Of a stretch of 64,000 nt of DNA, positions 1-10,463 are shown piece by piece. Every line of letters starts with the position of its first letter. Position 1 is the first letter of the stretch. Origin of the DNA: Epithemia pelagica (lineage: Eukaryota; Protista; Bacillariophyta); the NCBI GenBank assembly GCA_946965045.2, contig OX337228.1, positions 1,240,001-1,304,000 of the forward strand, given 5' to 3'. A program made the position numbers and the translations under genes. The notes under the pieces are model-generated. The model saw only the letters and a list, made by a program, of their open reading frames with translations. It had not been told where the DNA came from and did not search any database.

Positions 1-1
1 T

Positions 2-2856
2 GGAGTCCCCGGACGCGATGCTATTATCCCAACTCTCTGTGAAGAGTTTCAATACGAGATATCGAGAGCAAGTAAACGACCGCTTGTACATCTTGATTAC
101 GACGCCACTGCGTGTTATGATCGGATTATTCTCTCGTTTGGCAGCTTGGCTTCAAGAAGCTTTGGACAGAACAGGTCTATTGTGTTCATAAACGCACGAA
201 CACTCGAACAAGCGAAGTATTATTTGAAGACACAATTAGGGGTGTCAGAACGCTTTTACAAGCACTGTACTCTATACCCTATCTACGGTTCCGGGCAAGG
301 TGCAGGAAACTCACCGGCCATTTGGTGTGTGGTGTCCAGTATTCTCTTTGAAACGTACGAAGAAGGTGCCCACGGCGCGTCTTTTGAATCACCAGACGGT
401 TCTGTGAAAACAAAAGTGTTTATGATCGGATTCGTCGATGATACGAGTGGAAGTGCAAACGACTTCCGCCGCCCATCTCGTGCTCCTCCCGCCCATTATA
501 TTTCCAAGGCCCAAGAAGATGCGCAACGTTGGAATGACGTGCTTGCTTTGTCTGGCGGTGCACTGAACCCTCAGAAATGCTCATACCATTTCATGTACTA
601 TGATTTTAGTATTGACGGGATCCCTTTGCTTCAAGCTGGAACATTCGGCCCTACTATTACCATATCCTTCAACAATGACGCCCCAGCATCTCAATTGACT
701 CAATTGTCGGCGTACAAAAGTCACAAAACCTTAGGGGTGCAGAAATCACCTCATGCAACCAATAAAGGCTTATATCTAGCTCTGGCCAAACGCAACAACA
801 GTCACACGAAGATCATGGCTCGCAGCCCTTTTACCAGGACCGATGCATGGGCCTATTACCATGCCATATACTTGCCTAGTATATGCTACCCCTTTCCTTC
901 TTCAACCATTTCGGATTCCTTTTGCACAGCATTACAACGTCAATTCAAGAAGGCTTTCTTACCTAAGTATGGTTTCAATCGAACCATGCCCAACGCTGTG
1001 GTATATGGACCGTCAGAACTCGGCGGAATCGGTCTCCGGACTCTATCCGTGGAACGTGGTATTGCTCAAGTATATCACTTTCTTGCCTGTATTCGATCGG
1101 AAGGCGTGCAGCAACAATTGGCACAAATTATGGTCTCTTGGGGCCAGTTTCTGGCTGGTACAGGAACCCTGATTTTAGAAGAAGTTCACACGCCATTGCC
1201 GCATATGGATCCAATGCAATGGATACCACAGATGCGTTCATTCCTGTCTACAGTCGATTGCAGACTTGAACTAGAGCAGACGTTTGTACCTGATCTTCAA
1301 CGAGAAGCTGACTCGTACCTGATGGACTTGGCACTTGCCCATACTACTTCTCCTACTGATCTGAAAGTCATCAACGCTTGTCGGCTTTACCTTGGAGTAA
1401 CCTTTGTCAGCGATATTTCTACTCCCGAAGGGAAAACAATCACTCGAGCTGCCCTTGACGGACGGCTGGATATTTTAACACAACACCGTGGTCTTATCCC
1501 GTATCAACGACGTCCCGGTCCCACGTCTTGGACCAAGTGGAAGAAATTTTTGCGTAGCTTTGTCAGCTCAACCCAACAAAGACACTTGCTCCAACCACTT
1601 GGAAAGTGGTATTTTGGTGGCTCCTCCACTTATCAGAATTGGCTTTCCTACTTGGATCGTCCTACGTCTCGCCTTTTTGTGTCTGCTCCGAACGGTCATT
1701 GGCTCGAATATCGTTACCAGGGCATGATCTTCTGGCCCACTACAATACTCCACTACTCTGTCCCACCATCAGCATGTCCGGCCCAAACTCTCACAACAGG
1801 ACTTGCAAAAATTTTGACATCGAGTCATTACGTGATTCCTCGGCCCGTTTCTCCAATTCCAAACTCTCTGACAGAACACATGCAACAATTAGATTCTTGG
1901 GAACGTTCTCTTTGCTCACAGTGCACCTTGGTTTGTCCTACTGCGGATCTCGCCACTTTTCTCCACTCCAATTCACCTTTACTGGTCAGCAGCGATGGTT
2001 CGGCTGCCTCCTTTATTGGTAAATTTGGCTGCGTGTGCTCCACCGAGAATGGACAAAGGCTATTCCGGATAAATGGCCCTGCACCTGGGTTCAAAACGTC
2101 TTCCTTTCGCGCGGAAAGCTACGCGTTCCTTGCAATCTTACGGTTCTTGATTCAATCATGCGAATTCTTGAGTTGTCCTCTCCCTCCTTTCCTTCAGATG
2201 TTCACCGATTCTGAGAGCCTTGTTAAAACGATTCAGAAACGGATGGAATGGCTAGTTGAGTTTCCATTTTCAACAATGACTGCTGATTGGGATCTACAGC
2301 AGGCAATCTCACGGTCGTTGCGACAGTTTGATACTCTTCCTCATATCTGCCACGTTAAAGGGCACCAAGACAAATACCAACCATATGCAACCTTATCACT
2401 TCCAGCTCAGCTCAATGTTGATGCTGATCACGAGGCTGCGGATTACTCTTATCCATCACGAGTCTCTTCCTGTCTTGCTCCCATTACGGCTGGTTGTCAC
2501 GCGTTGCTCCACAGTGCTGACGGGACTGTTAACTCCAACTACCGTGCTACCTTGCGTCGGCTCGCAACCTACGAGAATCTTCGCCTTTACCATTGCACTA
2601 AATATGATTGGACAGAGTCTGTTTTTGATTCTGTTGATTGGTTAGCTCATGGTCGAGCGATCAATTCCAACTTTTCTCGTCGTCATTTTCTGGTTAAATT
2701 CCTTCATGATTGGCTTCCTTTGGGGCATCTGAAATCACGCTACGCGGAATATTACACTGATACTTGCCCTCTTTGCTCTACTTCTCTCGAGACACGGTCT
2801 CACTTTCTACGATGTCCCCAACGGGACTGGTTCGACTCCCTTGCAGATGATCTTCG
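2..2856 (+). mobile_element. Non-LTR retrotransposon (LINE, Ambal-like) ORF, 5' part: RT, RNase H and CCHC knuckle; runs off the window start and is interrupted by the copia insertion
   Basis: The frame is open from base 2 (LDYDATACYDRI, YGSGQGAGNSP, GFVDD RT motifs), followed by RNase H motifs (VSSDGSA, SSFRAES, FTDSES, HVKGHQD, LNVDADHEA) and CPLC-x8-H-x3-C. The Ambal assignment rests on recalled domain architecture of diatom LINEs, not a search. Confidence 0.9.
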
Positions 2857-3639
2857 TGTTAGAATTCTCACCGTCTATGGTGGTTAGATTCTACATCTCA
2901 TCGATTCCCCATGTCACATAGCCTCGTGCTACCGCATCATGCCCTCTAGCTTCGAGCTATGTTTCCTAGCTTCGCGCTATATCGACCTATATTTCTTCGC
3001 AAATCATGAAAAGTGAGAATAGATTGACGAACTCACTCTCAAGACTAAACTGGGTCGTGCGGTATTACAACGGACGTAAATTTGGCCGTTGCTCGGACAT
3101 TATACTAACGCCCTAAGCGTACGCGCCCGAAATCACCGAGCGCGCCCAAGCGACATCCGAGCGCTATCGGCATCTATCCGACCCAACGGTCTAAGTATCC
3201 CAAGCACGACACACGATCACGCGAGACCATATTTCCATTCCCACAATCTCCAAATTGTCAACAAGCTGCGCGCCATGAAAACAACTATGCCAACCCAAAG
3301 CAAGAGCTGTTGACCCTGTATATGTTATCCGCCCACATATACATGTCATATACATCACATGAATCAACTCCAACTATTCCAAACCTGTTGCCGCCAAGAA
3401 CCTATGACACATGACCCTTGGCAGGACCGAACATTTCACGTAGACCTATCGTAGTAATCAACACACAATCTAACAATATCACCATTTATCACATCCTCTT
3501 TTGTGTCCCGACTATCCTTCTGATAGACTTCGACTTGCTTGCTTCTCTGACCCTGAGAAGCTTGTATCGGTTGGTGACCTACCTGATTGTCTGCTCTACC
3601 GAGCATCAATGTCCCTACGATTCAGAAAGAATTGTAACA
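2857..3639 (+). repeat. 5' LTR (783 bp)
   Basis: Begins TG and ends CA, with a 9/10 terminal inverted repeat. It appears identical to 10458-11240 by eye, and the ORF-track translations of both copies are identical. Confidence 0.97.
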
Positions 3640-3653
3640 GATTAACAGTCTCA
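3640..3653 (+). promoter_or_regulatory. Primer-binding site complementary to the tRNA-Asn(GTT) anticodon arm
   Basis: GATTAACAGTCTCA, directly after the LTR-terminal CA, is the exact reverse complement of TGAGACTGTTAATC at 31809-31822. Confidence 0.9.
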
Positions 3654-3675
3654 AAGCTTATTTCCTTGTGGTTTC

Positions 3676-4455
3676 ATGGATACTAACGAGATTATCACTC
3701 CTGTACGACAGATCTATCGAGCCAACCTGCATCCCGGGCAGCCCGATACCCTGGTGCAGCAGGAACTGGTGCCGACGCCGAAGGCAGCCAACACATCGGT
3801 CAACATCTCCGTCGACAGTTCCAACAGCAACCCATTCGAGACTCCAACCCAGCCTCACGCTCCGATCCCTGCGCCGTTGCTTCGGCCCCCGAGTCCGCCT
3901 CGTCGGCTCGTCCCTTCTCGATCCCGTCGTACCACCCGGTTGATTGCTGATCATATCAAGTACTTCCGCCAACCAACTTGTTCGACCTTCGATCCCGAGA
4001 TCATCCGTGGGGAGACCCAGATCGAACGCCAGTTCCAATCGGTGACCCACATCGTCGACCAAGAAGACATTGACCGTCTGAACGACCAACTTCATCGTTC
4101 TCTGAGGCGTCGCCTCATCTTTGCCGCCCTCTCGGGCAACCCCATCCGTACTGTCCACCTCCGCTTCCTAACCTTCGAGCGCCCAACTGGATACTACAAT
4201 ACCATCCACGTCGTGAACGCGACGACTTGCCCTCTGCCTCCTAACGTTGTACGCCTAGATAACTACGTTGCCTACATCCACGAGGTCCATACCATCGAGG
4301 ACCATCGTGCAACTATCTACCCTTTGCGTACCGAGGTCGAGAACCACCTGGCTGAAGGTGATACCCCTTCTTCTGTTGCTTGTGCTGCCCCATCTGAGCC
4401 TGGAAGCGACTCTGATCATTCGGAAGAGGGTGAGGATTCAGAGACCGAAGCTTAA
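3676..4455 (+). CDS. Extra 259-aa ORF of unknown function inside the copia element, upstream of gag
   Basis: ATG-initiated and stop-free for 780 nt. Pro/Ser/Arg-rich N-terminus, globular-looking core and acidic tail. No motif recognised. Confidence 0.65.
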   Translation: MDTNEIITPVRQIYRANLHPGQPDTLVQQELVPTPKAANTSVNISVDSSNSNPFETPTQPHAPIPAPLLRPPSPPRRLVPSRSRRTTRLIADHIKYFRQPTCSTFDPEIIRGETQIERQFQSVTHIVDQEDIDRLNDQLHRSLRRRLIFAALSGNPIRTVHLRFLTFERPTGYYNTIHVVNATTCPLPPNVVRLDNYVAYIHEVHTIEDHRATIYPLRTEVENHLAEGDTPSSVACAAPSEPGSDSDHSEEGEDSETEA

Positions 4456-4562
4456 TTACTCATAGTTAACTCCCGTCCTCTCAAAACCTTTCCAAGACTT
4501 AAACTCAACGCACATCCGGGTACCCTTGGTCGCACAACACGCCACACATTCCCGTCAAATCG

Positions 4563-4753
4563 CGAAAATTCGGCGAAAATTTGTTGAAATTCGGCGAAAA
4601 TTTGTCGAAATCAACGGAAATTTCCAGGAGTCGCACATCACAACACACATCCGGGTATCACATACGTGGTACATACGTGGCACACGTGGTACATCCGGGT
4701 TCACATCACATCACACATTAAATAAACCACATCACACCGCACATTAAATAAAC
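4563..4753 (+). repeat. Repeat-rich spacer between the extra ORF and gag-pol
   Basis: About 21-bp GAAATTCGGCGAAAATTTGT units, ACATCCGGGT repeats, ACGTGG x3 (4664-4689) and CACATTAAATAAAC x2 (4714, 4740). Confidence 0.85.
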
Positions 4754-4775
4754 ATCGAACCAACCAAATAACACC

Positions 4776-7700
4776 ATGGATCCTCAATCGCCCAAGACAC
4801 CTACGACTCCTATGGGAGAAGATAACCAAGACAATGTCTCGGACACAGACCTATTCGACCACATCATATTTACTGTCTGCCAATTCTTCACCAAAGAAAG
4901 GGCCGACTACTTAATGAAGTGGATGAAATACCATGGTTTTGAGAACATTACCCATGTTATCTCGTATATGCAAACTAATACCGAGGAATCCATGAAGGAA
5001 CTGACACAATACAAGGTCAACAAACAGACACATGATCTACAAGGCCCCACAAGACAGCAGATCAAGCTCTTGGCTTATTGGGCCACATACAAGACCAATG
5101 AAATTCAAGACGAGCTATCCAATAGCGACTGGATGAACCTAACGAGGAAAGAGTTCAACACTTGGAGGATCAACACAGATTTCTCTAAGGGACCACCTAG
5201 CCAAGTCCCAGTCTCGCCAATGAAGTCACCGTCATCTGTGAAATCTGTCAGCACAGTTACTGCCGCATCCCAATCTCAACAAGACCTTACAGCATTCAGA
5301 AAGGGAACTAAGCGCGACGCAACTGCATATGAGGTATTCAAGGATGAACGATACTACGATTCATTCTGGCGTGTATTCAAGACTACAGCTAAGGCTCAAG
5401 GCCTATCCAACGTTCTGAATTTCAAATACACACCACCCCATGATGATGAGTATGCCGAAGAACTTTTTCAAGAGCAACAAGTATTTCTTTACTCCGTTCT
5501 TGTCCGTATCATTCAGACTGACCAAGGTCGAGCCTATGTACGTGAACATGAACATGATGAAGATGCGCGTGCCGTATTGCAGAAGTTACACTCTTTGCAT
5601 ACCAAATCCGACCTAGCAAAGCGAGAAGTCCTCCGCTTAACCAACTACATTTCCAATCTACGTCTTGACGACACATGGCGCGGAACAACACGTCAATTTC
5701 TTCTACACTTTCAAGAGCAGCTACGTTTGCTAGACAATTTAGTGACATTGTCTGATCGCATCCCTGATCATACCAGGATGACCTTCCTCATGCAAGCTGT
5801 AGAAAAGGTACCTGATCTCCGCCGAGTCAAGATCTTGGATAATGTGGTGAACACCAAATCCGGTGCAAAATCCCTTTGCTATCAATCATACTTCCGTCTC
5901 CTTCTAGACGCAGCTTATGACCATGATCAAGCAACCCAGTCATCTGTTCATAGTCGCCGTCGACATGTCAAACAACATGAATCACTATATGGCCAAGATA
6001 CAGATGCTGACATAACCTCACAAGATGATATGGAGTATCATGTCCACAACACCAAAGCGACATCTGAATCTCCATCCTCTTCGTCCAAGGTTAGTCTACC
6101 GCGTGACCTATGGTTCAAACTTTCTGAAGAAGATCGCAAGTTGATCATTGAGTATAACAAGATGATTCAAGCACCTTCATCAACAACACCGAGGACAGTG
6201 CAAACACATGCCCTCGACATTGATCCGGAACCTGATCCTGACCCCAACCAAGTTGCATCTGATGACGACTCACCTGGCGTAGTCCCTGAGCATTCAGATG
6301 ATTCAGATCCGGTTACACAATTTATCAACCAAGCCATGACGACTGATATCAATCACCCGGCAACTGACCTGACTAGTGTTCTTTCTAACGCCAAGTCCAA
6401 GACGAGCAAGAAGGTTACTTTCAAAGCCAACATGCATAAACAAGCAGGACATGTTCCACGCTATCTGTTTTCCAGGAAATCTACTTTACCAGGAAATCAA
6501 TTGATTGACCGTGGTGCTAATGGAGGACTCGCTGGTTCTGACATGCGCATCCTTTCTAAGACTGGCCGCCATATCACTATTGTGGGTATTGATAACCATG
6601 AACTTACTGGACTTCCTGTCGTCACATGTGCCGCAAAGTTTGAGACCAATGATGGACCTATTGTCGGCATCTTCAATGAATATGCTTATTATGGGAAGGG
6701 CTTATCTATCCATGCTCCTGGTCAATTCGAGCATTTCGGACTTGCTGTTGATGAACGATCTGTTAAAGTTGATGGTAAACAACGCATCACTACACTTGAT
6801 GGTCGTGCCATACCCCTTCACATCAAGGATGGGTTAGCCTACATCCACTCCTTGGGTATCCCCAGCGACGATGACATGGATACCTTACCTCAGATCATCT
6901 TCACGTCACCCGACACATGGGATCCTGGTGTTCTGGACCATTCGTATTCTCCCACACCCTCTGACAATGATCCTGATTGGAAACACGTCAAGACTGATGG
7001 TAGTATGTCGAACCATCCATATGACAACTATGGGGAGTACACTGATCGTGTTGTTTGTAACCTCAATCTCCTTTTGGATCTCCCATACGATCATGGACCT
7101 GACGACGCACCCTTCTTTTCTATCTATGCTGACGCAGAAGGTAATGATCCTACACTTCATGCCTCTGTCCACCGTCGTTACCAGGAAGCGTATGACTGGA
7201 AGAAGTTCCGTCCATTCTTTGGTTGGCAATCTGAAGATGTTATTGCCGATACGTTCAAGCACACTACACGTAATGGTAGCATTACTTTTGACCACGACAC
7301 CCTCAAGAAACATTTCAAGGCTCGCAATCCGGTCCTTAATATACCTCGACGCCATGAACCCGTTGCTACTGACTCGGTTTTCTCCGACACCCCTGCTGTT
7401 GACCATGGCGGTAAAGTCGCACAAATCTTTGTTGGTCGAGATACTCTGGTTACTGATATCTATGGGATCAAGTCAACCAAACAGTTTGTCAATACTCTTC
7501 AGGACAACATCCGGTTTCGTGGTGCCATGGAGACTCTTATCAGTGATGGTGGTTCATCTCTCATCTCTCAAAAGGTTAAAGACATTCTTCGCACTTTGCT
7601 TATTGGGGAGTATCGATCCGAACCTTATCATCAACACCAGAATAAGGCTGAAAACCGTTACCAGACCGTTAAACGTATGACCAACGCTCTCATGAATGCC

Positions 7701-10463
7701 ACTGGTTGCCCTGCCAACACCTGGCTTCTTTGCCTTGAGTATGTCTGTGACTTATTGAACCATACGTCATCACCCACCCACTCCGGTCGCACTCCTCTTG
7801 AGGCTCTCTCCGGACGCCCACCCGACATTACTCATCTCTTGTTCTTTCCTTTCTGGGATGAGGTTTACTACCGTGTCGACCCCGCTGAACCCAATTCCGG
7901 TTCATATCCATCTTCTTCTGATGAGAAACTTGGCCACTGGGTTGGTTTTGCTCACAACGTTGGTGATTCTTTTACTTGGAAGATTCTCACCCAGGATAAC
8001 CAGATAATCTACCGTTCTGCCGTTCGCCGTGTTGAATCCACTACACCTAACCTACGTGTGGATCGACCTTCAGGGGAGGATTCGTCTGAGAAGGATGACA
8101 ATGATAAGCAAGCTGACACTGTCTTCATTCGCAGTGATAGTGAAGATCCATCCAAACCAATGCCCACGATCGATTTTGACGACATGATAGGACGCACATT
8201 CCTATGCGACACAGAAGAAAATGGGGAGCGACACCGTGCACGTGTCATCAAACGAGTCATTGATCTTAATGAAGAAGCAACGAAACAGGAAGAACGTGTC
8301 AAGTACATCTACCGAAAGACAAATTCTGATGTTGATGAGATGATATCCTATAATCAACTCATGGAGTATATCGAACGAGATAACCAAGCTCAAACCTCTG
8401 GAGATAATCTTTTCAGGTTCAGGGATGTCATTGCCCATCAAGGCCCACTGAACACAACTGATCCAGATTACAAGGGGAGCAAATATAATTTGCTTGTTGA
8501 TTGGGAAACTGGGGAGACTACCTATGAACCTTTATCACTCATCGCCAATGATGATCCGATCACTGTAGCAATTTATGGAAAGAAACATGATTTACTCAAC
8601 GAACCTGGATGGAAGCATTTGAAACGTTATGTCAAAACAAGCAAACGTCTCATTCGAGCAGCCAAACAGTCAAGGATTAAACAAGTTCACCATTCCGTCA
8701 AGTATAAGTTTGGATTCCAAGTACCACGCAATTATGAGGAAGCTGTCGCTCTTGATAAACAACATGGCAACACAAAGTGGCAAGATGCAACAGAATTAGA
8801 ATTGTCACAGATCCAGTCCTACAAGACATTCAAGGATTTTGGGAAAGCCATCTTCATTAAAGGGAAAGTATCCAATGCACCTGAAGGATATCATAAGATA
8901 CGTGTACATCTTGTCTTTGACGTAAAACATGATGGACGACATAAAGCAAGACTTGTCGCAGATGGACATCTCACAAAAGAACCTGTTGAGACAATCTATT
9001 CAGGTGTTGTTTCCATTCGCAACCTCCGCATTGCCTTATTCCTGGGTACTTTGAATGACTTGGAAATATGGGGAGCAGATATTGGAAATGCATATCTGGA
9101 AGCCTTGACAGGGGAGAAAATTTTCATTGTCGCAGGACCTGAATTCAAGGAATTAGAAGGTCACATCCTGATTATATACAAGGCACTTTATGGATTGAAG
9201 CCATCAGGCGCACGCTGGCATGATGTCTTATTCGATGTTTTGACAGACATGGGAGTTTCACCAAGCAAAGCAGATCCGGATATCTGGATGAGGAAAGCAC
9301 CTGGAGAAGACTGTTACGAATACATTGCCGTATACGTTGATGACTTAGCCATTATTTCTACTGATCCTGGGAATATCTGCAAGATCCTGAAGGAGAAATA
9401 CAACTTCAAACTCAAAGGAGATGGACCTATTGATTTTCACTTGGGATGTTGTTACACCAAGGATTCTGATGGAACATTAGTAGCAGATCCAAGACGCTAC
9501 ATTGGTAAGATGATGGACACTTTCGAACGAATCTTCAAGGAGAAACCCAAGAAAGCCAAAACACCTCTTATTGGTGGAGACCATCCTGAATTGGATGATT
9601 CTGAACTCCTTGATGAAGAAGGTACTAGCCATTTCCAAACTCTGATTGGACAACTCCAATGGGTGATCACTATTGGTCGTTTCGACGTCTTCACCGCTAC
9701 AATGACGCTATCACGCTTTCGCACTGCTCCGAGGAAAGGACATCTTGATAGAGCAAAGCGTATCTATGGATACCTTGCACATCTCCCAGAAGGCGCAATC
9801 AGATTTAGGATTGGAGAGCCTGATTATTCAAGTCTTCTTACCCAAGAATTTGATTGGACTCGCACTGTCTATTCGAATGCAAGTGAACGTATTCCTGAAG
9901 ACTGCCCAACACCTCTTGGCCGCTATGTTACCACAACTCATTATGTTGATGCCAATCTCATGCATGACATAGTCACTGGTAAATCCGTCACTGCCGTTCT
10001 ACATTTGTTGAACGGAACACCTATTGACTGGTACAGCAAGAGACAGAGCACGGTGGAAACTGCTACCTATGGATCCGAGTTTGTGGCTGCAAGGACAGCA
10101 ATAGATCAGATTACAGAATTACGACATTCTCTCCGCTACCTTGGAGTACCTATCCGAGAGCGAAGTTACATGTACGGAGATAACAGATCCGTTGTGCTCA
10201 ATGCAACCGTTCCTCATTCCATACTATCCAAGAGACACCATCTTCTGTCATACCACCGAGTTCGTGAAGCCATCGCAGCAAAGTATGTTGCATTCTACTG
10301 GAAAGATGGAAAGACCAACCCTGCCGATATCCTTAGCAAACATTGGGATTTCGTATCTATTTGGCCCATGCTCAAGCCATTGCTGTTTTGGAAAGGAGAA
10401 GTTCAAGATCTCAACAAATCCAATGATGACAAGGCTGAAACGACGAGTTGTGGGGAGTGTTAG
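4776..10463 (+). CDS. Copia Gag-Pol polyprotein, 1895 aa, single frame
   Basis: Protease LIDRGANGG; integrase ATDSVFSD, ISDGGS, QNKAEN; RT HKARLVADG and YVDDL; RNase H YVDAN, GSEFVAA, GDNRSV, NPADILSK. Copia domain order (IN before RT). The stop codon lies inside the 3' LTR. Confidence 0.97.
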   Translation: MDPQSPKTPTTPMGEDNQDNVSDTDLFDHIIFTVCQFFTKERADYLMKWMKYHGFENITHVISYMQTNTEESMKELTQYKVNKQTHDLQGPTRQQIKLLAYWATYKTNEIQDELSNSDWMNLTRKEFNTWRINTDFSKGPPSQVPVSPMKSPSSVKSVSTVTAASQSQQDLTAFRKGTKRDATAYEVFKDERYYDSFWRVFKTTAKAQGLSNVLNFKYTPPHDDEYAEELFQEQQVFLYSVLVRIIQTDQGRAYVREHEHDEDARAVLQKLHSLHTKSDLAKREVLRLTNYISNLRLDDTWRGTTRQFLLHFQEQLRLLDNLVTLSDRIPDHTRMTFLMQAVEKVPDLRRVKILDNVVNTKSGAKSLCYQSYFRLLLDAAYDHDQATQSSVHSRRRHVKQHESLYGQDTDADITSQDDMEYHVHNTKATSESPSSSSKVSLPRDLWFKLSEEDRKLIIEYNKMIQAPSSTTPRTVQTHALDIDPEPDPDPNQVASDDDSPGVVPEHSDDSDPVTQFINQAMTTDINHPATDLTSVLSNAKSKTSKKVTFKANMHKQAGHVPRYLFSRKSTLPGNQLIDRGANGGLAGSDMRILSKTGRHITIVGIDNHELTGLPVVTCAAKFETNDGPIVGIFNEYAYYGKGLSIHAPGQFEHFGLAVDERSVKVDGKQRITTLDGRAIPLHIKDGLAYIHSLGIPSDDDMDTLPQIIFTSPDTWDPGVLDHSYSPTPSDNDPDWKHVKTDGSMSNHPYDNYGEYTDRVVCNLNLLLDLPYDHGPDDAPFFSIYADAEGNDPTLHASVHRRYQEAYDWKKFRPFFGWQSEDVIADTFKHTTRNGSITFDHDTLKKHFKARNPVLNIPRRHEPVATDSVFSDTPAVDHGGKVAQIFVGRDTLVTDIYGIKSTKQFVNTLQDNIRFRGAMETLISDGGSSLISQKVKDILRTLLIGEYRSEPYHQHQNKAENRYQTVKRMTNALMNATGCPANTWLLCLEYVCDLLNHTSSPTHSGRTPLEALSGRPPDITHLLFFPFWDEVYYRVDPAEPNSGSYPSSSDEKLGHWVGFAHNVGDSFTWKILTQDNQIIYRSAVRRVESTTPNLRVDRPSGEDSSEKDDNDKQADTVFIRSDSEDPSKPMPTIDFDDMIGRTFLCDTEENGERHRARVIKRVIDLNEEATKQEERVKYIYRKTNSDVDEMISYNQLMEYIERDNQAQTSGDNLFRFRDVIAHQGPLNTTDPDYKGSKYNLLVDWETGETTYEPLSLIANDDPITVAIYGKKHDLLNEPGWKHLKRYVKTSKRLIRAAKQSRIKQVHHSVKYKFGFQVPRNYEEAVALDKQHGNTKWQDATELELSQIQSYKTFKDFGKAIFIKGKVSNAPEGYHKIRVHLVFDVKHDGRHKARLVADGHLTKEPVETIYSGVVSIRNLRIALFLGTLNDLEIWGADIGNAYLEALTGEKIFIVAGPEFKELEGHILIIYKALYGLKPSGARWHDVLFDVLTDMGVSPSKADPDIWMRKAPGEDCYEYIAVYVDDLAIISTDPGNICKILKEKYNFKLKGDGPIDFHLGCCYTKDSDGTLVADPRRYIGKMMDTFERIFKEKPKKAKTPLIGGDHPELDDSELLDEEGTSHFQTLIGQLQWVITIGRFDVFTATMTLSRFRTAPRKGHLDRAKRIYGYLAHLPEGAIRFRIGEPDYSSLLTQEFDWTRTVYSNASERIPEDCPTPLGRYVTTTHYVDANLMHDIVTGKSVTAVLHLLNGTPIDWYSKRQSTVETATYGSEFVAARTAIDQITELRHSLRYLGVPIRERSYMYGDNRSVVLNATVPHSILSKRHHLLSYHRVREAIAAKYVAFYWKDGKTNPADILSKHWDFVSIWPMLKPLLFWKGEVQDLNKSNDDKAETTSCGEC

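Noticed and set aside
3089-3686. Short ORFs inside the LTRs (repeated at 10690-11398)
   Set aside because: Mostly non-ATG starts and no motifs. The 11019-11789 ORF is LTR sequence running by chance into the LINE frame.
4563-4625. Short repeats here and at 13761-13923 as a possible CRISPR array
   Set aside because: No unique regular spacers, only 2-3 units, no cas genes, and a eukaryotic context.
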